64,000 nucleotides of DNA from Candidatus Falkowbacteria bacterium (GTDB lineage: Bacteria > Patescibacteriota > Patescibacteriia > Patescibacteriales > WJLG01): NCBI GenBank assembly GCA_963747695.1, contig CAVVFV010000003.1, positions 17,296-81,295 on the forward strand, given 5' to 3'. Below are positions 35,343-43,299 of the stretch, one piece after another. The notes beneath the pieces were generated by a model. It was not told the origin of the DNA. It did no database searches and saw only the letters and a list, made by a program, of their open reading frames with translations. The position numbers and the translations under genes were made by a program. Every line of letters starts with the position of its first letter. Position 1 is the first letter of the stretch.

Positions 35343-35786
35343 TTATTTTAATCTTTCCGCGAAAGCGGCGGCGTCGGCTAAATCTTTTTCATTTGGACGG
35401 TTTTTGGCCAGGCCGCCGAATATCTTGAATGGACCGAAAGTATCGAAACCGCGGCATTGGAAAACGCCCGCCAAGGAAAAGCCTTTAACTTTTAATTTTT
35501 CGGAAAAATTTTTGCCAAATCGGCCGCCCGGGGCGCCGTGAGTGAAAAAGGCAAAAGCTTTCTTGCCTTCCGCGTCGGATAAACCATCGACGAATTTTAA
35601 CATTGACGCGTGAAATTTGCCAAAATATATTCCTGAACCAAAGCCGATCAGATCATAATTCGCCAAATCTTCCGGTTTAACTTCATTCGGCTTTTTCAAA
35701 TCCGCTTCCAAAACTTCGCCGATCTTTTTGGCGATCTTTTCCGTATTGCCGTGATGGATAGATTGATAAATAATTAGAGTTTCCAT
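35343..35786 (-). CDS. Flavodoxin-like protein
   Basis: 147-aa ORF: TLIIYQSIHHGNTEKIAKKI...YDLIGFGSGIYFGKFH, matching the short-chain flavodoxin-domain pattern. Confidence 0.78.
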   Translation of the reverse strand: METLIIYQSIHHGNTEKIAKKIGEVLEADLKKPNEVKPEDLANYDLIGFGSGIYFGKFHASMLKFVDGLSDAEGKKAFAFFTHGAPGGRFGKNFSEKLKVKGFSLAGVFQCRGFDTFGPFKIFGGLAKNRPNEKDLADAAAFAERLK

Positions 35787-35808
35787 ATATTTTTAACACA
35801 CCCCGCCC

Positions 35809-35840
35809 TTCGGGCACCCCTCTTAAATAGAGGGGAATTT
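35809..35840. repeat. REP-like element CACCCCGCCCTTCGGGCACCCCTCTTAAATAGAGGGGAATT
   Basis: Same family as 55354-55396; related CCCCTC..GAGGGG hairpins occur at 54433-54480 and 47903-47937. Confidence 0.65.
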
Positions 35841-36411
35841 ATAAGAATGGGTTTTTGTCGAAAGTGATGATCGGAGTGTGATTATTGATGATGTCCTGGG
35901 GAATATTATATTTTTCATGATAAAGGCGGCCGACCGCGCAGAATTTCGCTTGTGAGTAATCAAAACCGATCTTCTTGCTAACCGACTTTACTGATTCTTC
36001 TGACTGGCCCTCAACTTCAGCGAACGGCTCAAGGAACGGCCAGGTATCAAGGGTGATTACCACGCCGTCCAGTTCCCAGGTTTCCCGCTTGGTTTCCTGA
36101 TAAGATTTCTTGCGGCAGCCGATGCTTTCCAAAAAATCCATCGCACTATCCATATTGTCGATCTTCAAACAGGTCTCTTTTTGATCCTCGATCTTTTCGC
36201 CATCGACAATCTTCAGGCTCATCGTGATCTTATCGCCTTCGTCGCGGACGCGTAGCCAACTGCCGGCGATCTCATTATTCTTGGGCAGGGTAAAATTACT
36301 TCGTTTCATCAAAACTTCCGGTTTGACCAATTGGGCGCCGGCTTTTTTAAGACGAACTCTCACTTCGTCTTTATCGATATTTAGGAATGTCGCTTCGTAT
36401 TCGATCTGCAT
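35839..36411 (-). CDS. CYTH-domain protein (CyaB/ThTPase-like triphosphate tunnel enzyme)
   Basis: Start set at the ATG at 36411 (MQIEYEATFL: the ExExK-type start of CYTH). WLRVRDEG..ITMSLK, and ETWELDGVVITLDTWPFLEPFAEVEG. Confidence 0.8.
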   Translation of the reverse strand: MQIEYEATFLNIDKDEVRVRLKKAGAQLVKPEVLMKRSNFTLPKNNEIAGSWLRVRDEGDKITMSLKIVDGEKIEDQKETCLKIDNMDSAMDFLESIGCRKKSYQETKRETWELDGVVITLDTWPFLEPFAEVEGQSEESVKSVSKKIGFDYSQAKFCAVGRLYHEKYNIPQDIINNHTPIITFDKNPFL

Positions 36412-36412
36412 T

Positions 36413-36658
36413 TTATACTGACATTGAATAAAGTTCTTCCGGCTCCGGTTTGCCGGTCGGCGGCTGAGTCTTCTGGATTCGGGCAACGAACGGCAAAAAA
36501 GTCTCTCCCGGCAGCAATTCGCCTTTGCTTTTCATATCTTCAAAAAGCTCGCCATAAGTAAGTCCGTTGCCGCCCGGCACCATCATTTTTCGAAAAATTT
36601 TTTCTTGCGTTGTTTTATCGGCTGCCTCATCGATCGTTGGATTGGAGATATTACTCAT
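36413..36658 (-). CDS. Small hypothetical protein (paralog B)
   Basis: 81 aa from the ATG at 36658 (MSNISNPTIDEAADK...). Shares VP..G.TYG.LF...K..GE.LP with 36687-36983. Its stop lies 1 nt before the CYTH start. Confidence 0.45.
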   Translation of the reverse strand: MSNISNPTIDEAADKTTQEKIFRKMMVPGGNGLTYGELFEDMKSKGELLPGETFLPFVARIQKTQPPTGKPEPEELYSMSV

Positions 36659-36686
36659 AAAAAATTGAATAAATGAATTAAAAAAA

Positions 36687-36983
36687 TTAAGCGGCTTTGC
36701 GCGGCTGCTCTTCCATACTTGATAAATACCATTTCTTAAAATCAATCGCATCGGCAATATCTGCTGGCAATGATTCACCGGCCCGCTTGGTTTGACTAAA
36801 AAGCTGGCCGTAAGTAGTTGTGCCGTCATAATTCGGAACGATCTCGCTTTGCACGACTTTAAGTTCGACATATCGTTCGGCCTTGGTCATTGGCAGATTT
36901 TTTTTGTCAGATTCATCCAACAACGCTTTTTCCGCGGCACGTCCGAAATAAACCTCGCCGATATTTCCTTCTGGATTTTTCAT
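36687..36983 (-). CDS. Small hypothetical protein (paralog A)
   Basis: 98 aa from the ATG at 36983 (MKNPEGNIGEVYFG...). Contains VPNYDGTTTYGQLFSQTKRAGESLP. Confidence 0.5.
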   Translation of the reverse strand: MKNPEGNIGEVYFGRAAEKALLDESDKKNLPMTKAERYVELKVVQSEIVPNYDGTTTYGQLFSQTKRAGESLPADIADAIDFKKWYLSSMEEQPRKAA

Positions 36984-37010
36984 AAAAAAATTATAATTTA
37001 TAATCAATTT

Positions 37011-37727
37011 CTACCCGACAATGACCACGAACTCCCCTCTTTGGTCGTCAGGCGTCGCTGTTATCTTGGAAATTATATTTTCAATATCGCCGCGATAGAC
37101 GGTTTCGTGCATTTTGGAAATTTCCCGGGCTACTACCACGCTTTCTAAATTTTTCTTTTTTTTCTTCATCTCTTCCTCATCGGAAATACTGGAACTTTCC
37201 TTGGCCGCTTTCAATTCTTCCAAAAATTTAACAATGCGATGTTTGGATTCATAAACCACCACCGGATAATCGCTGGCCAGAATCTTCTTGATGAAAGTCT
37301 GCCGGCCTTTCTTGTGCGGGGGAAAACCCATAAAGATGAATTTATCGGTCGGGATTCCGGAAATCGACAAGGCCGCCGTTACCGCCGAAGGTCCGGGCAC
37401 GGACTCGATCTTCATATCCTCGCCGAAACGTTCTAAAACTTTCTCCACCAAAACGCCGCCCGGGTCGGAAATTCCCGGCGTGCCGGCATCGGTGATCAAC
37501 GCCAGATTTTTTCCCTGTTCTAATAATCTGATGATCTGGTCGACTTTGATATCGTCGGAATGCTGATGATAAGAGATGCACGGCGTTTTGATATTATAAT
37601 GATCCAGCAAAACCCGGCTATTGCGGGTATCTTCGCACAAAATAAAATCCACCTCACCCAGAATTCTAATGGCGCGCATACTGATATCTTCCAGATTGCC
37701 GATGGGAGTACCCACGATGTATAACAT
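37011..37727 (-). CDS. rsmI: 16S rRNA (cytidine1402-2'-O)-methyltransferase
   Basis: 238-aa ORF: MLYIVGTPIGNLEDISMRAIRIL..DFILCEDTR...TDAGTPGISDPG. Confidence 0.9.
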   Translation of the reverse strand: MLYIVGTPIGNLEDISMRAIRILGEVDFILCEDTRNSRVLLDHYNIKTPCISYHQHSDDIKVDQIIRLLEQGKNLALITDAGTPGISDPGGVLVEKVLERFGEDMKIESVPGPSAVTAALSISGIPTDKFIFMGFPPHKKGRQTFIKKILASDYPVVVYESKHRIVKFLEELKAAKESSSISDEEEMKKKKKNLESVVVAREISKMHETVYRGDIENIISKITATPDDQRGEFVVIVG

Positions 37728-37733
37728 AAAAAA

Positions 37734-37763
37734 ATGATAGATGATAAATGATTAATGATAAAT
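37734..37763. repeat. 7-nt ATGAT word array (ATGATAG ATGATAA ATGATTA ATGATAA)
   Basis: Read directly. It is the inverted-orientation partner of the array at 38130-38159. Confidence 0.75.
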
Positions 37764-37765
37764 TT

Positions 37766-38128
37766 TTACGATTTATTTCTTTTATTGCAAGTTAACTGAA
37801 TTTTTCCGAGTATCCTGCAAATCTCATCGCAATCTTCAATTATTGATGCGGCAAATGCTTGTTCTAGAATTTCTCCATCTCGCAAAAGGTTCAGCCAATA
37901 TCTTGTTTCCTTAGCTTCTTTATAAGCCACGTATATCTTGGCAATAAAGTCTTTTTTACTTTGACCGCCGTCCGCCTCCTCAATATTTGCCCCGATTGAA
38001 GATCCACTTCTTAAAACTTGTTTGGATAAAATATATTCCCTTTTTTCAACCGTCAGATATCTATATAATTTAATAATTCTCAAAGAGAATTTATTACTTT
38101 TCTCTTTGATTAAATTACCCTCCTTCAT
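37766..38128 (-). CDS. Four-helix-bundle protein (23S rRNA intervening-sequence protein family)
   Basis: 120-aa ORF: FSLRIIKLYRYL...QVLRSGSSIGANIEEADGGQSKKDFIAKIYVAYKEAKETRYWLNLL. Confidence 0.85.
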   Translation of the reverse strand: MKEGNLIKEKSNKFSLRIIKLYRYLTVEKREYILSKQVLRSGSSIGANIEEADGGQSKKDFIAKIYVAYKEAKETRYWLNLLRDGEILEQAFAASIIEDCDEICRILGKIQLTCNKRNKS

Positions 38129-38129
38129 A

Positions 38130-38159
38130 ATTTATCATCTATCATTAATCATTTATCAT
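38130..38159. repeat. 7-nt ATCAT word array (ATTTATC ATCTATC ATTAATC ATTTATC)
   Basis: Read directly. Uses the same words as the reverse complement of 37734-37763 but in permuted order. Confidence 0.75.
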
Positions 38160-38162
38160 TGT

Positions 38163-39839
38163 CTATTCGATGTCTTCTTTTCTCTCTCTGACGTACTTCG
38201 TCCATTGTTCGGCGATTTCGACGAAGACTTTGAAGGGAGCTTCGATCACGAAATCCATCAGGAACATAAAGACATTGATCTTGGAGAATTTCGCCGAAAG
38301 CCATTTGCCGACCGCCGCGATGGGGATGAAGAAAAAATCCAGGACAAAATTGACCAGATTCTCTTTTTCCTCGACGACGATCAATTGTTGGACGTTCTTG
38401 CGGATGCGGATCGTAAAGAAGCTGACGAAGGCCAAGAAGAACAAAAAGATGACGATGCTCACCCAGGTGAAATGGATCTTATCCAGCACCCAGACCACCG
38501 CTCCGAAAGAAATCAAGAAGGTCAAGGAATAAAGCAGGCTGAAGATAAAACCGATGACCGGCCCCCGGACGGTCGGCTTGCGCAGGACGATGGGATCACG
38601 GCGATTCTTCTCATCGAAAGTTATCTCTTCCACTCCGGACACGACGCGCTTGTTATTTTCGTCCGAGGAAACTTTGGTGAACATGATCGCCACCAGCAAC
38701 AGGAACGGCGGAAAAAGGATGTTGACGGCCAAAGAATAAAAATTGATCGGCTCGCCAAGATATTTCGTTGCCGGAACTTCCAGCAAGACCGCGAAAATCG
38801 TCTTAGTCAGGAAGATATAGATGATACTGTTGATGCCGGATCGCCAGAGACGCGCTTTAGTCTGATTGAATTTTTTCTGAAAATTATTTTTCACCAAATC
38901 GGAAAAAACCTGCGGCTTGTTCTTGATCGTCTCATAAAGGGCCGCCGGGTCTTCTTTGATCATATCGGTAAGAATCGTATAAAAAACCTGGTACTTGTTG
39001 GAAATCTTGTCCAATTGTTTTACCAAAGGATGATCCAGCTGCTGATCGATCGCCGCCTTGAGCGGCAGAATATTGGAGGCGATCTTGGCGAAAGTCTCTT
39101 CGGTCGGATTCCACCAATCGGCGTTATAATATTTAAAAATTATATAGGACAGCATTGAACGGTCGAATTTCAAATAAGTGCGGTAGATGCTCAAATAAAT
39201 CTGGATCGGCAGATCCTTCTCGTAAACGGCAAAATTAACCGGCAACTTGATGAACTTGATCAGATACTCATAGATATTGCTGATCACCATCTCTCTGACT
39301 TTGTCCACTTCGAGGATCGATTCGATCTCGCTAGCAGCGATGCCGATCAGCCAATCACCCAATTCCCTTTTTTCTTTGGTGACGAGCTTAGCCATCTGCG
39401 CGGTGATGCCGTGCGGCATCGCCAATTCGCGCAAGCGGAGATGTTTTTCCAGAATCGCCTTGACTTCATCGATCTTGCTTTCGGGAATCTTGTCATTGGC
39501 GAGATAACCGGCGCGGATCAATTCGGTCAGCAGATTGCGCGAAGTTTCTTCGCTGTTAGTGAACTTCACTGCGCCCTCGATTACCAATTGCCGTTTCAGT
39601 ATCCGGGCGACCGCGTTTTTCCGGTGCAGATGCTCCTCGTTATAATCAACGTAATTGCGGATCTTTTCGTAATAAAAAGCGACCTTGGAGATCAACGCCG
39701 AAACTTTTATCTTCGCCTCGCCCTCGTTTTCTTTCACTTCCTGGTTCTGCTCCCGATAAACTGTTTGGAAAAGTTTTCTGGTGCCTAAAGTAACCGTGAG
39801 CGTCTCATTTTTCTTTTTGGTTAAATGCGGGCTGACCAT
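38163..39839 (-). CDS. Large hypothetical membrane protein
   Basis: 558-aa ORF. The soluble N-terminal about 300 aa is followed by several hydrophobic helices (IIYIFLTKTIFAVLLEV, LAVNILFPPFLLLVAIMF, FISFGAVVWVL, VSIVIFLFFLAFVSFF). Confidence 0.65.
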   Translation of the reverse strand: MVSPHLTKKKNETLTVTLGTRKLFQTVYREQNQEVKENEGEAKIKVSALISKVAFYYEKIRNYVDYNEEHLHRKNAVARILKRQLVIEGAVKFTNSEETSRNLLTELIRAGYLANDKIPESKIDEVKAILEKHLRLRELAMPHGITAQMAKLVTKEKRELGDWLIGIAASEIESILEVDKVREMVISNIYEYLIKFIKLPVNFAVYEKDLPIQIYLSIYRTYLKFDRSMLSYIIFKYYNADWWNPTEETFAKIASNILPLKAAIDQQLDHPLVKQLDKISNKYQVFYTILTDMIKEDPAALYETIKNKPQVFSDLVKNNFQKKFNQTKARLWRSGINSIIYIFLTKTIFAVLLEVPATKYLGEPINFYSLAVNILFPPFLLLVAIMFTKVSSDENNKRVVSGVEEITFDEKNRRDPIVLRKPTVRGPVIGFIFSLLYSLTFLISFGAVVWVLDKIHFTWVSIVIFLFFLAFVSFFTIRIRKNVQQLIVVEEKENLVNFVLDFFFIPIAAVGKWLSAKFSKINVFMFLMDFVIEAPFKVFVEIAEQWTKYVRERKEDIE

Positions 39840-39971
39840 ATAATAAGTTAAAAGTTAAAAGTAAAAAAATTAAACAAAAAATTGCGCCTACTTTAGGCAT
39901 TTTCATTCAAAATTACTCGATTAAAATCACAATTATATTTTACCTGATTTTACTGACAAAATCAACTTAAT

Positions 39972-40007
39972 AAAAAATCCTGCCTATTAAAACGAATAAG
40001 CAGGATT
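39972..40007 (-). terminator. Intrinsic terminator after the secreted-protein operon
   Basis: Minus strand: AATCCTGC-ttattcgttttaatag-GCAGGATT followed by ttttt. Confidence 0.75.
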
Positions 40008-40041
40008 ATCAGGACTTGGCCGGCGAATGACCCGGAATCGA

Positions 40042-40656
40042 TCAATTGCCGAATAGGGTTTGCCAGAAACCTTTTCCGCCGCCGCCCGAAGAGACGCACG
40101 ATCCGCAAACGTCCTCATATGTCCAGTCGACATCCTTAATCGGTTTCTTTTTGCATGGCCAGGTTCTGATATGAGCCTTAACTCCGACTTTACTCCAGGT
40201 TTTTTCCGGTAAATCATACCTCCAGGTATAAACCCGGTAATGCCTTTCAGCTACGGTACCACCGATGACTTTGCGCATAAACGATAATAGGCAAACTTGA
40301 ACAGTAATGTGCCCGTCGCTCTGAAAGGTTTTTTTATTGGCGACCCGAAACACATTGCTCTTGCCACCGGCCGGATAGAACAGCCCTTCGATACGATAAT
40401 CATTATGCACCTGTCCTTCGCAGTCGGGAATTTTTTTAAATTCGATGAATTCCCAGTTGAACACCATCTCTTCGGTGGTATTCTGGTTGGCCTGCTCTTC
40501 CATCTCGTTCTGGATGATGGTTTCGAGCTCGCGATACTTGGCTTTCGGATCCTCTTGGCCGCCGTTGAAGATTTCGTAAAGGCCGCCGAAAGCTGAACTG
40601 CTCATGACGCCGAGCAGGGCGAAAACCATAGCAATGAAAAGGATGCGAATACGCAT
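40042..40656 (-). CDS. Secreted hypothetical protein (family member 1, divergent)
   Basis: 204-aa ORF with an SD (aaaggag) and a signal peptide MRIRILFIAMVFALLGVMSSSAFG. FNWEFIEFKKIPDCEG aligns with the W-x-Y-V-D-C block of the two upstream paralogs. Confidence 0.6.
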   Translation of the reverse strand: MRIRILFIAMVFALLGVMSSSAFGGLYEIFNGGQEDPKAKYRELETIIQNEMEEQANQNTTEEMVFNWEFIEFKKIPDCEGQVHNDYRIEGLFYPAGGKSNVFRVANKKTFQSDGHITVQVCLLSFMRKVIGGTVAERHYRVYTWRYDLPEKTWSKVGVKAHIRTWPCKKKPIKDVDWTYEDVCGSCVSSGGGGKGFWQTLFGN

Positions 40657-40671
40657 TGGGACTCTCCTTTG

Positions 40672-41217
40672 TTAGTTGCGATAATTTTTTTCCATGATCT
40701 TTGTCATATGGGCGATATTTCCCAACGCCGCCCGATCTTCCGCGCAAGCAGATTCTTTCCGCCCGTCATCCCGCGTTCTGACCCGCACATATTTTTCGAC
40801 TTTCTCAAACTTCCAGCAATTATTTATCCGGCTATGGGACAGGAAGCGGAAGCGTAAAATAAAATAGTGCGCGCTGTGGCCGGACACCGGACTAATCTTC
40901 ACGTATACTAATGCCTCGGAAAGCTGGTGGCGATCATCGTTGATCATGCAGATCGAACGAAGATTTTTTCCGCCCTGAATTTCGCAATTAACACATGGTC
41001 CCCACTGCTTGTCGCCGTCGCAGGTCAGAAAATCCTCGCAATCGACATATTCCCAGCCAAAAGGTTTACTCGAACTTTTTTTTGCCTGTTCCTTATCAAG
41101 TGTCATGCTGAGATAAGAGTAGAGCCAGGCTCCGGGAGCCATCCCGTTGAAATCCTCAGCAAAAATCGATACGGCGAATCCGGCCAACAATGCAAGTAAA
41201 AATGCAGCTTTTTTCAT
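40672..41217 (-). CDS. Secreted Cys-containing hypothetical protein (family member 2)
   Basis: Start set at the ATG at 41217, after aagggggttacg. Signal peptide MKKAAFLLALLAGFAVSIFA. FGWEYVDCEDFLTCDG..PCVNC, HYFILRFRF, ACAEDRAAL. Confidence 0.62.
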   Translation of the reverse strand: MKKAAFLLALLAGFAVSIFAEDFNGMAPGAWLYSYLSMTLDKEQAKKSSSKPFGWEYVDCEDFLTCDGDKQWGPCVNCEIQGGKNLRSICMINDDRHQLSEALVYVKISPVSGHSAHYFILRFRFLSHSRINNCWKFEKVEKYVRVRTRDDGRKESACAEDRAALGNIAHMTKIMEKNYRN

Positions 41218-41277
41218 CGTAACCCCCTTTGTTATTAGAATCCCGATAATTATCAACGAACATCCCAAAAACATTTC

Positions 41278-41306
41278 AATATAAAATACTTTTACAATAA
41301 TGTCAA
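41278..41306 (-). promoter_or_regulatory. Sigma70-like promoter (TTGACA-17-TATATT)
   Basis: + strand tgtcaa 41301-41306 and aatata 41278-41283. Confidence 0.7.
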
Positions 41307-41333
41307 TACCTGCGAGCAGATTCGGTTTTACTT

Positions 41334-41370
41334 AAAATAAAAGCCTTGGTTCGAATTTCGAATCAAGGCT
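41334..41370 (-). terminator. Intrinsic terminator
   Basis: Minus strand: AAGCCTTGATTCGAA-at-TTCGAACCAAGGCTT followed by ttatttt. Confidence 0.8.
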
Positions 41371-41375
41371 TATCT

Positions 41376-41576
41376 TCAAGCGCATAGTATGATCACCAAG
41401 CCCAACGAAATAATTGCCTGCCGCCAGCCGCGTCGGAGATGCCAGCCGGCCCAGACGATCATACCCCCGAAAAAGAAAATAATCATATTGGGTGAAATGT
41501 CGCAATGGACGGCTTGGTCGACAAAGCAATTGCAGAAGAGGCCGAGCGGGATAATCGGCATCAAGGTCGATTTCAT
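41376..41576 (-). CDS. Small membrane protein, translationally coupled to the upstream paralog
   Basis: 66-aa ORF. Its ATG overlaps the stop of 41573-42157 (ATGA). Two hydrophobic segments. Confidence 0.45.
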   Translation of the reverse strand: MKSTLMPIIPLGLFCNCFVDQAVHCDISPNMIIFFFGGMIVWAGWHLRRGWRQAIISLGLVIILCA

Positions 41577-42157
41577 CTTTGCCCCCTCGGCAAGCGGAAA
41601 ATCTTCATGTAGTTAAAAACGGATTTGAACCTGGCAATGAAACGGAAGGTTTCCCGATTTTCCGCGCAATCCGCATTTTTCCTTTCCCCGTGTTCATCGG
41701 TTTGAATGATCACTTCCCGGTCAATCCCGATAAAATTATATCGGTAACGCGGAATGCTGTCGCTAAAATATTCAAAGTGAAAATGCAGGACGTGGTAATG
41801 CTTCAGGTTAAGGTCACGCCTGGAATAAGAAACCAAGAAAATCTGCAGATCTTTGTAACTATCAAGATCAAGGAGCAGATTGATCGCCCGGGCGGTACCT
41901 CGACGCGGATCATAGGCCACGCAACTTGAGCAGGGCGCGATCGCCGCTTGGCCGGAACAAGCGGGAAATTTCGAACAATCGACATATCCCCATTGGTGCG
42001 GCGTCTCCCCTTTCGTCTTTTCCAGCGAATCCAGCGTGGAATTGATCAAACTAATCAAAGTCGCTTCCGGAGTGGGAATTTTCAGCGCCGACTTTGTCTT
42101 GGCTGCCGAATCCGCGCCGGCCAAAAGCAATAAGATGAATATTAATTCGCGGAACAT
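41573..42157 (-). CDS. Secreted Cys-containing hypothetical protein (family member 3)
   Basis: 194-aa ORF with an SD (cggaggaaaa) and a signal-like N-terminus MFRELIFILLLLAGADSAA. HQWGYVDCSKFPACSG..PCSSC, HYHVLHFHF, DCAENRETF. Confidence 0.62.
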   Translation of the reverse strand: MFRELIFILLLLAGADSAAKTKSALKIPTPEATLISLINSTLDSLEKTKGETPHQWGYVDCSKFPACSGQAAIAPCSSCVAYDPRRGTARAINLLLDLDSYKDLQIFLVSYSRRDLNLKHYHVLHFHFEYFSDSIPRYRYNFIGIDREVIIQTDEHGERKNADCAENRETFRFIARFKSVFNYMKIFRLPRGQR

Positions 42158-42203
42158 TTTTTCCTCCGATATTTAAGGTATGGCAAAGAACAGAAATCAT
42201 TGG

Positions 42204-42232
42204 AGTTTAACCTTTATCGACCGGATTGTCAA
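42204..42232 (-). promoter_or_regulatory. Sigma70-like promoter (TTGACA-17-TAAACT)
   Basis: + strand tgtcaa 42227-42232 and agttta 42204-42209. Confidence 0.7.
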
Positions 42233-42296
42233 GCAAAAATGCAAAACTAAAAACGGCGCCCCGTTGAGCGCCGCCGGAAATGATTAATATTAAAAA

Positions 42297-42524
42297 TTAA
42301 AACTTGATATACTTATCTAAAAGATTTTTAAAATGCCAGATCTTGTAAGCGCTGTAGAAAAAAACATAAGCGATCACCACGGCGATCAGACCCATCACCA
42401 GTTGCGCCATAAAATTCGTCCAGACGATCAGCACCGCTAGTATCAGCAAGACAATGCCGTTGATCACCAGGACCCGCACCAGCCGATTGACCTTTTTATT
42501 AACCACAGTTGAAATTTTGTCCAT
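42297..42524 (-). CDS. Small two-helix membrane protein
   Basis: 75-aa ORF: ...VLVINGIVLLILAVLIVW...LVMGLIAVVIAYVFFY. A terminator hairpin (ggcggcgctcaacggggcgccg + ttttt) follows. Confidence 0.5.
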   Translation of the reverse strand: MDKISTVVNKKVNRLVRVLVINGIVLLILAVLIVWTNFMAQLVMGLIAVVIAYVFFYSAYKIWHFKNLLDKYIKF

Positions 42525-42533
42525 AAGATTACT

Positions 42534-42571
42534 GCGTCCGCCACAGTCCCGCCAAGGCGGGACGAAGGCGG
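42534..42571. repeat. REP-like element (GCGTCCGCCACAGTCCCGCCAAGGCGGGACGAAGGCGG)
   Basis: Nested hairpin cccgcc-aa-ggcggg inside ccgcc...ggcgg. Related to 30492-30535. Confidence 0.6.
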
Positions 42572-42662
42572 TTTTTATTTTTTATTTAGCTCTATTCATA
42601 TTATAACATAATGTCGGCGAAAGCGGAAAGCCATCTGATTATGAGATCAAATTTACTGTTGC

Positions 42663-42707
42663 AAAAAAAATACCCGAACCAAGAATTTCGTATTCTTGGT
42701 TCGGGGA
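42663..42707 (-). terminator. Intrinsic terminator
   Basis: Minus strand: CCCCGAACCAAGAATA-cgaaa-TTCTTGGTTCGGG followed by tatttttttt. Confidence 0.85.
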
Positions 42708-42727
42708 TAGGTAATCGTCAACGACGC

Positions 42728-43234
42728 TTACAGGCTGTTGATCTCCTCGAAGGTATTCACGTTCGCTTCGACCGCTGGCGCTTTTCCCGCCAATCGCGGT
42801 TCAATGCGGAGGAAGGCGTCGGTGTTGAGAATCTCGATGTCGCCGCCGAGGTCGGGGCGTTCGACATTGAGTTTGAGATCACTCGTTGGCTTGCCCTCGA
42901 CTTTGTGGAGATCGATCTCTGTGTATACATTGGTGACACCGTCTTTGGTCACCGTTCTTTCCCATTGCTCAACGCGCCAGTTGAGCTTTTTTCCGAGATC
43001 CGCTTCGGTGGCCCCGAAGAAATGCAGATTGAGAACTACCGTCTTCTTGCCGTTGACGCGAATCGGAATGCCGCGGTGGAAATGCGCGTCGATCTTGGCT
43101 TCCAGATCCGCTTCGACCCTGTGCATACCGCCCGGATAATTCGGATGAACGATTTCTCTGTCAAGCCTCTTAGCGACGTTTTCGAAAGTCGCGATGAGCT
43201 TGCGTTCCGCCTTCAGACCCTTGCTGTTTTCCAT
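42728..43234 (-). CDS. Hypothetical protein
   Basis: Start set at the ATG at 43234, after caggaggaatc. 168 aa (MENSKGLKAERKLIATFENVAKRL...). It has its own promoter and terminator. Confidence 0.6.
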   Translation of the reverse strand: MENSKGLKAERKLIATFENVAKRLDREIVHPNYPGGMHRVEADLEAKIDAHFHRGIPIRVNGKKTVVLNLHFFGATEADLGKKLNWRVEQWERTVTKDGVTNVYTEIDLHKVEGKPTSDLKLNVERPDLGGDIEILNTDAFLRIEPRLAGKAPAVEANVNTFEEINSL

Positions 43235-43299
43235 GATTCCTCCTGGGGAATGTAAAGGTATATAAAATAATGACCACTCATAATCTTCCGTAACTTTGC

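Noticed and set aside
38022-39158. 378-aa + strand ORF, the longest unassigned ORF in the track.
   Set aside because: It lies entirely antisense to the 558-aa membrane-protein ORF (38163-39839). Its product is low-complexity and D/E/Q/R/H-rich, it has no SD or promoter, and its 5' part overlaps the four-helix-bundle gene on the opposite strand. I treat it as a shadow ORF.
41346-41360. GGTTCGAA-type sequence suggestive of a tRNA T-arm.
   Set aside because: It is the loop-proximal part of a perfect terminator palindrome (aagccttggttcgaa|ttcgaatcaaggctt). No cloverleaf can be drawn. I found no tRNA or rRNA genes by eye anywhere in the window.
42611-43255. 214-aa + strand ORF overlapping 42728-43234.
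   Set aside because: The minus-strand ORF has a consensus promoter, an AGGAGG SD and a strong terminator. The + ORF has none of these and reads as an antisense shadow.
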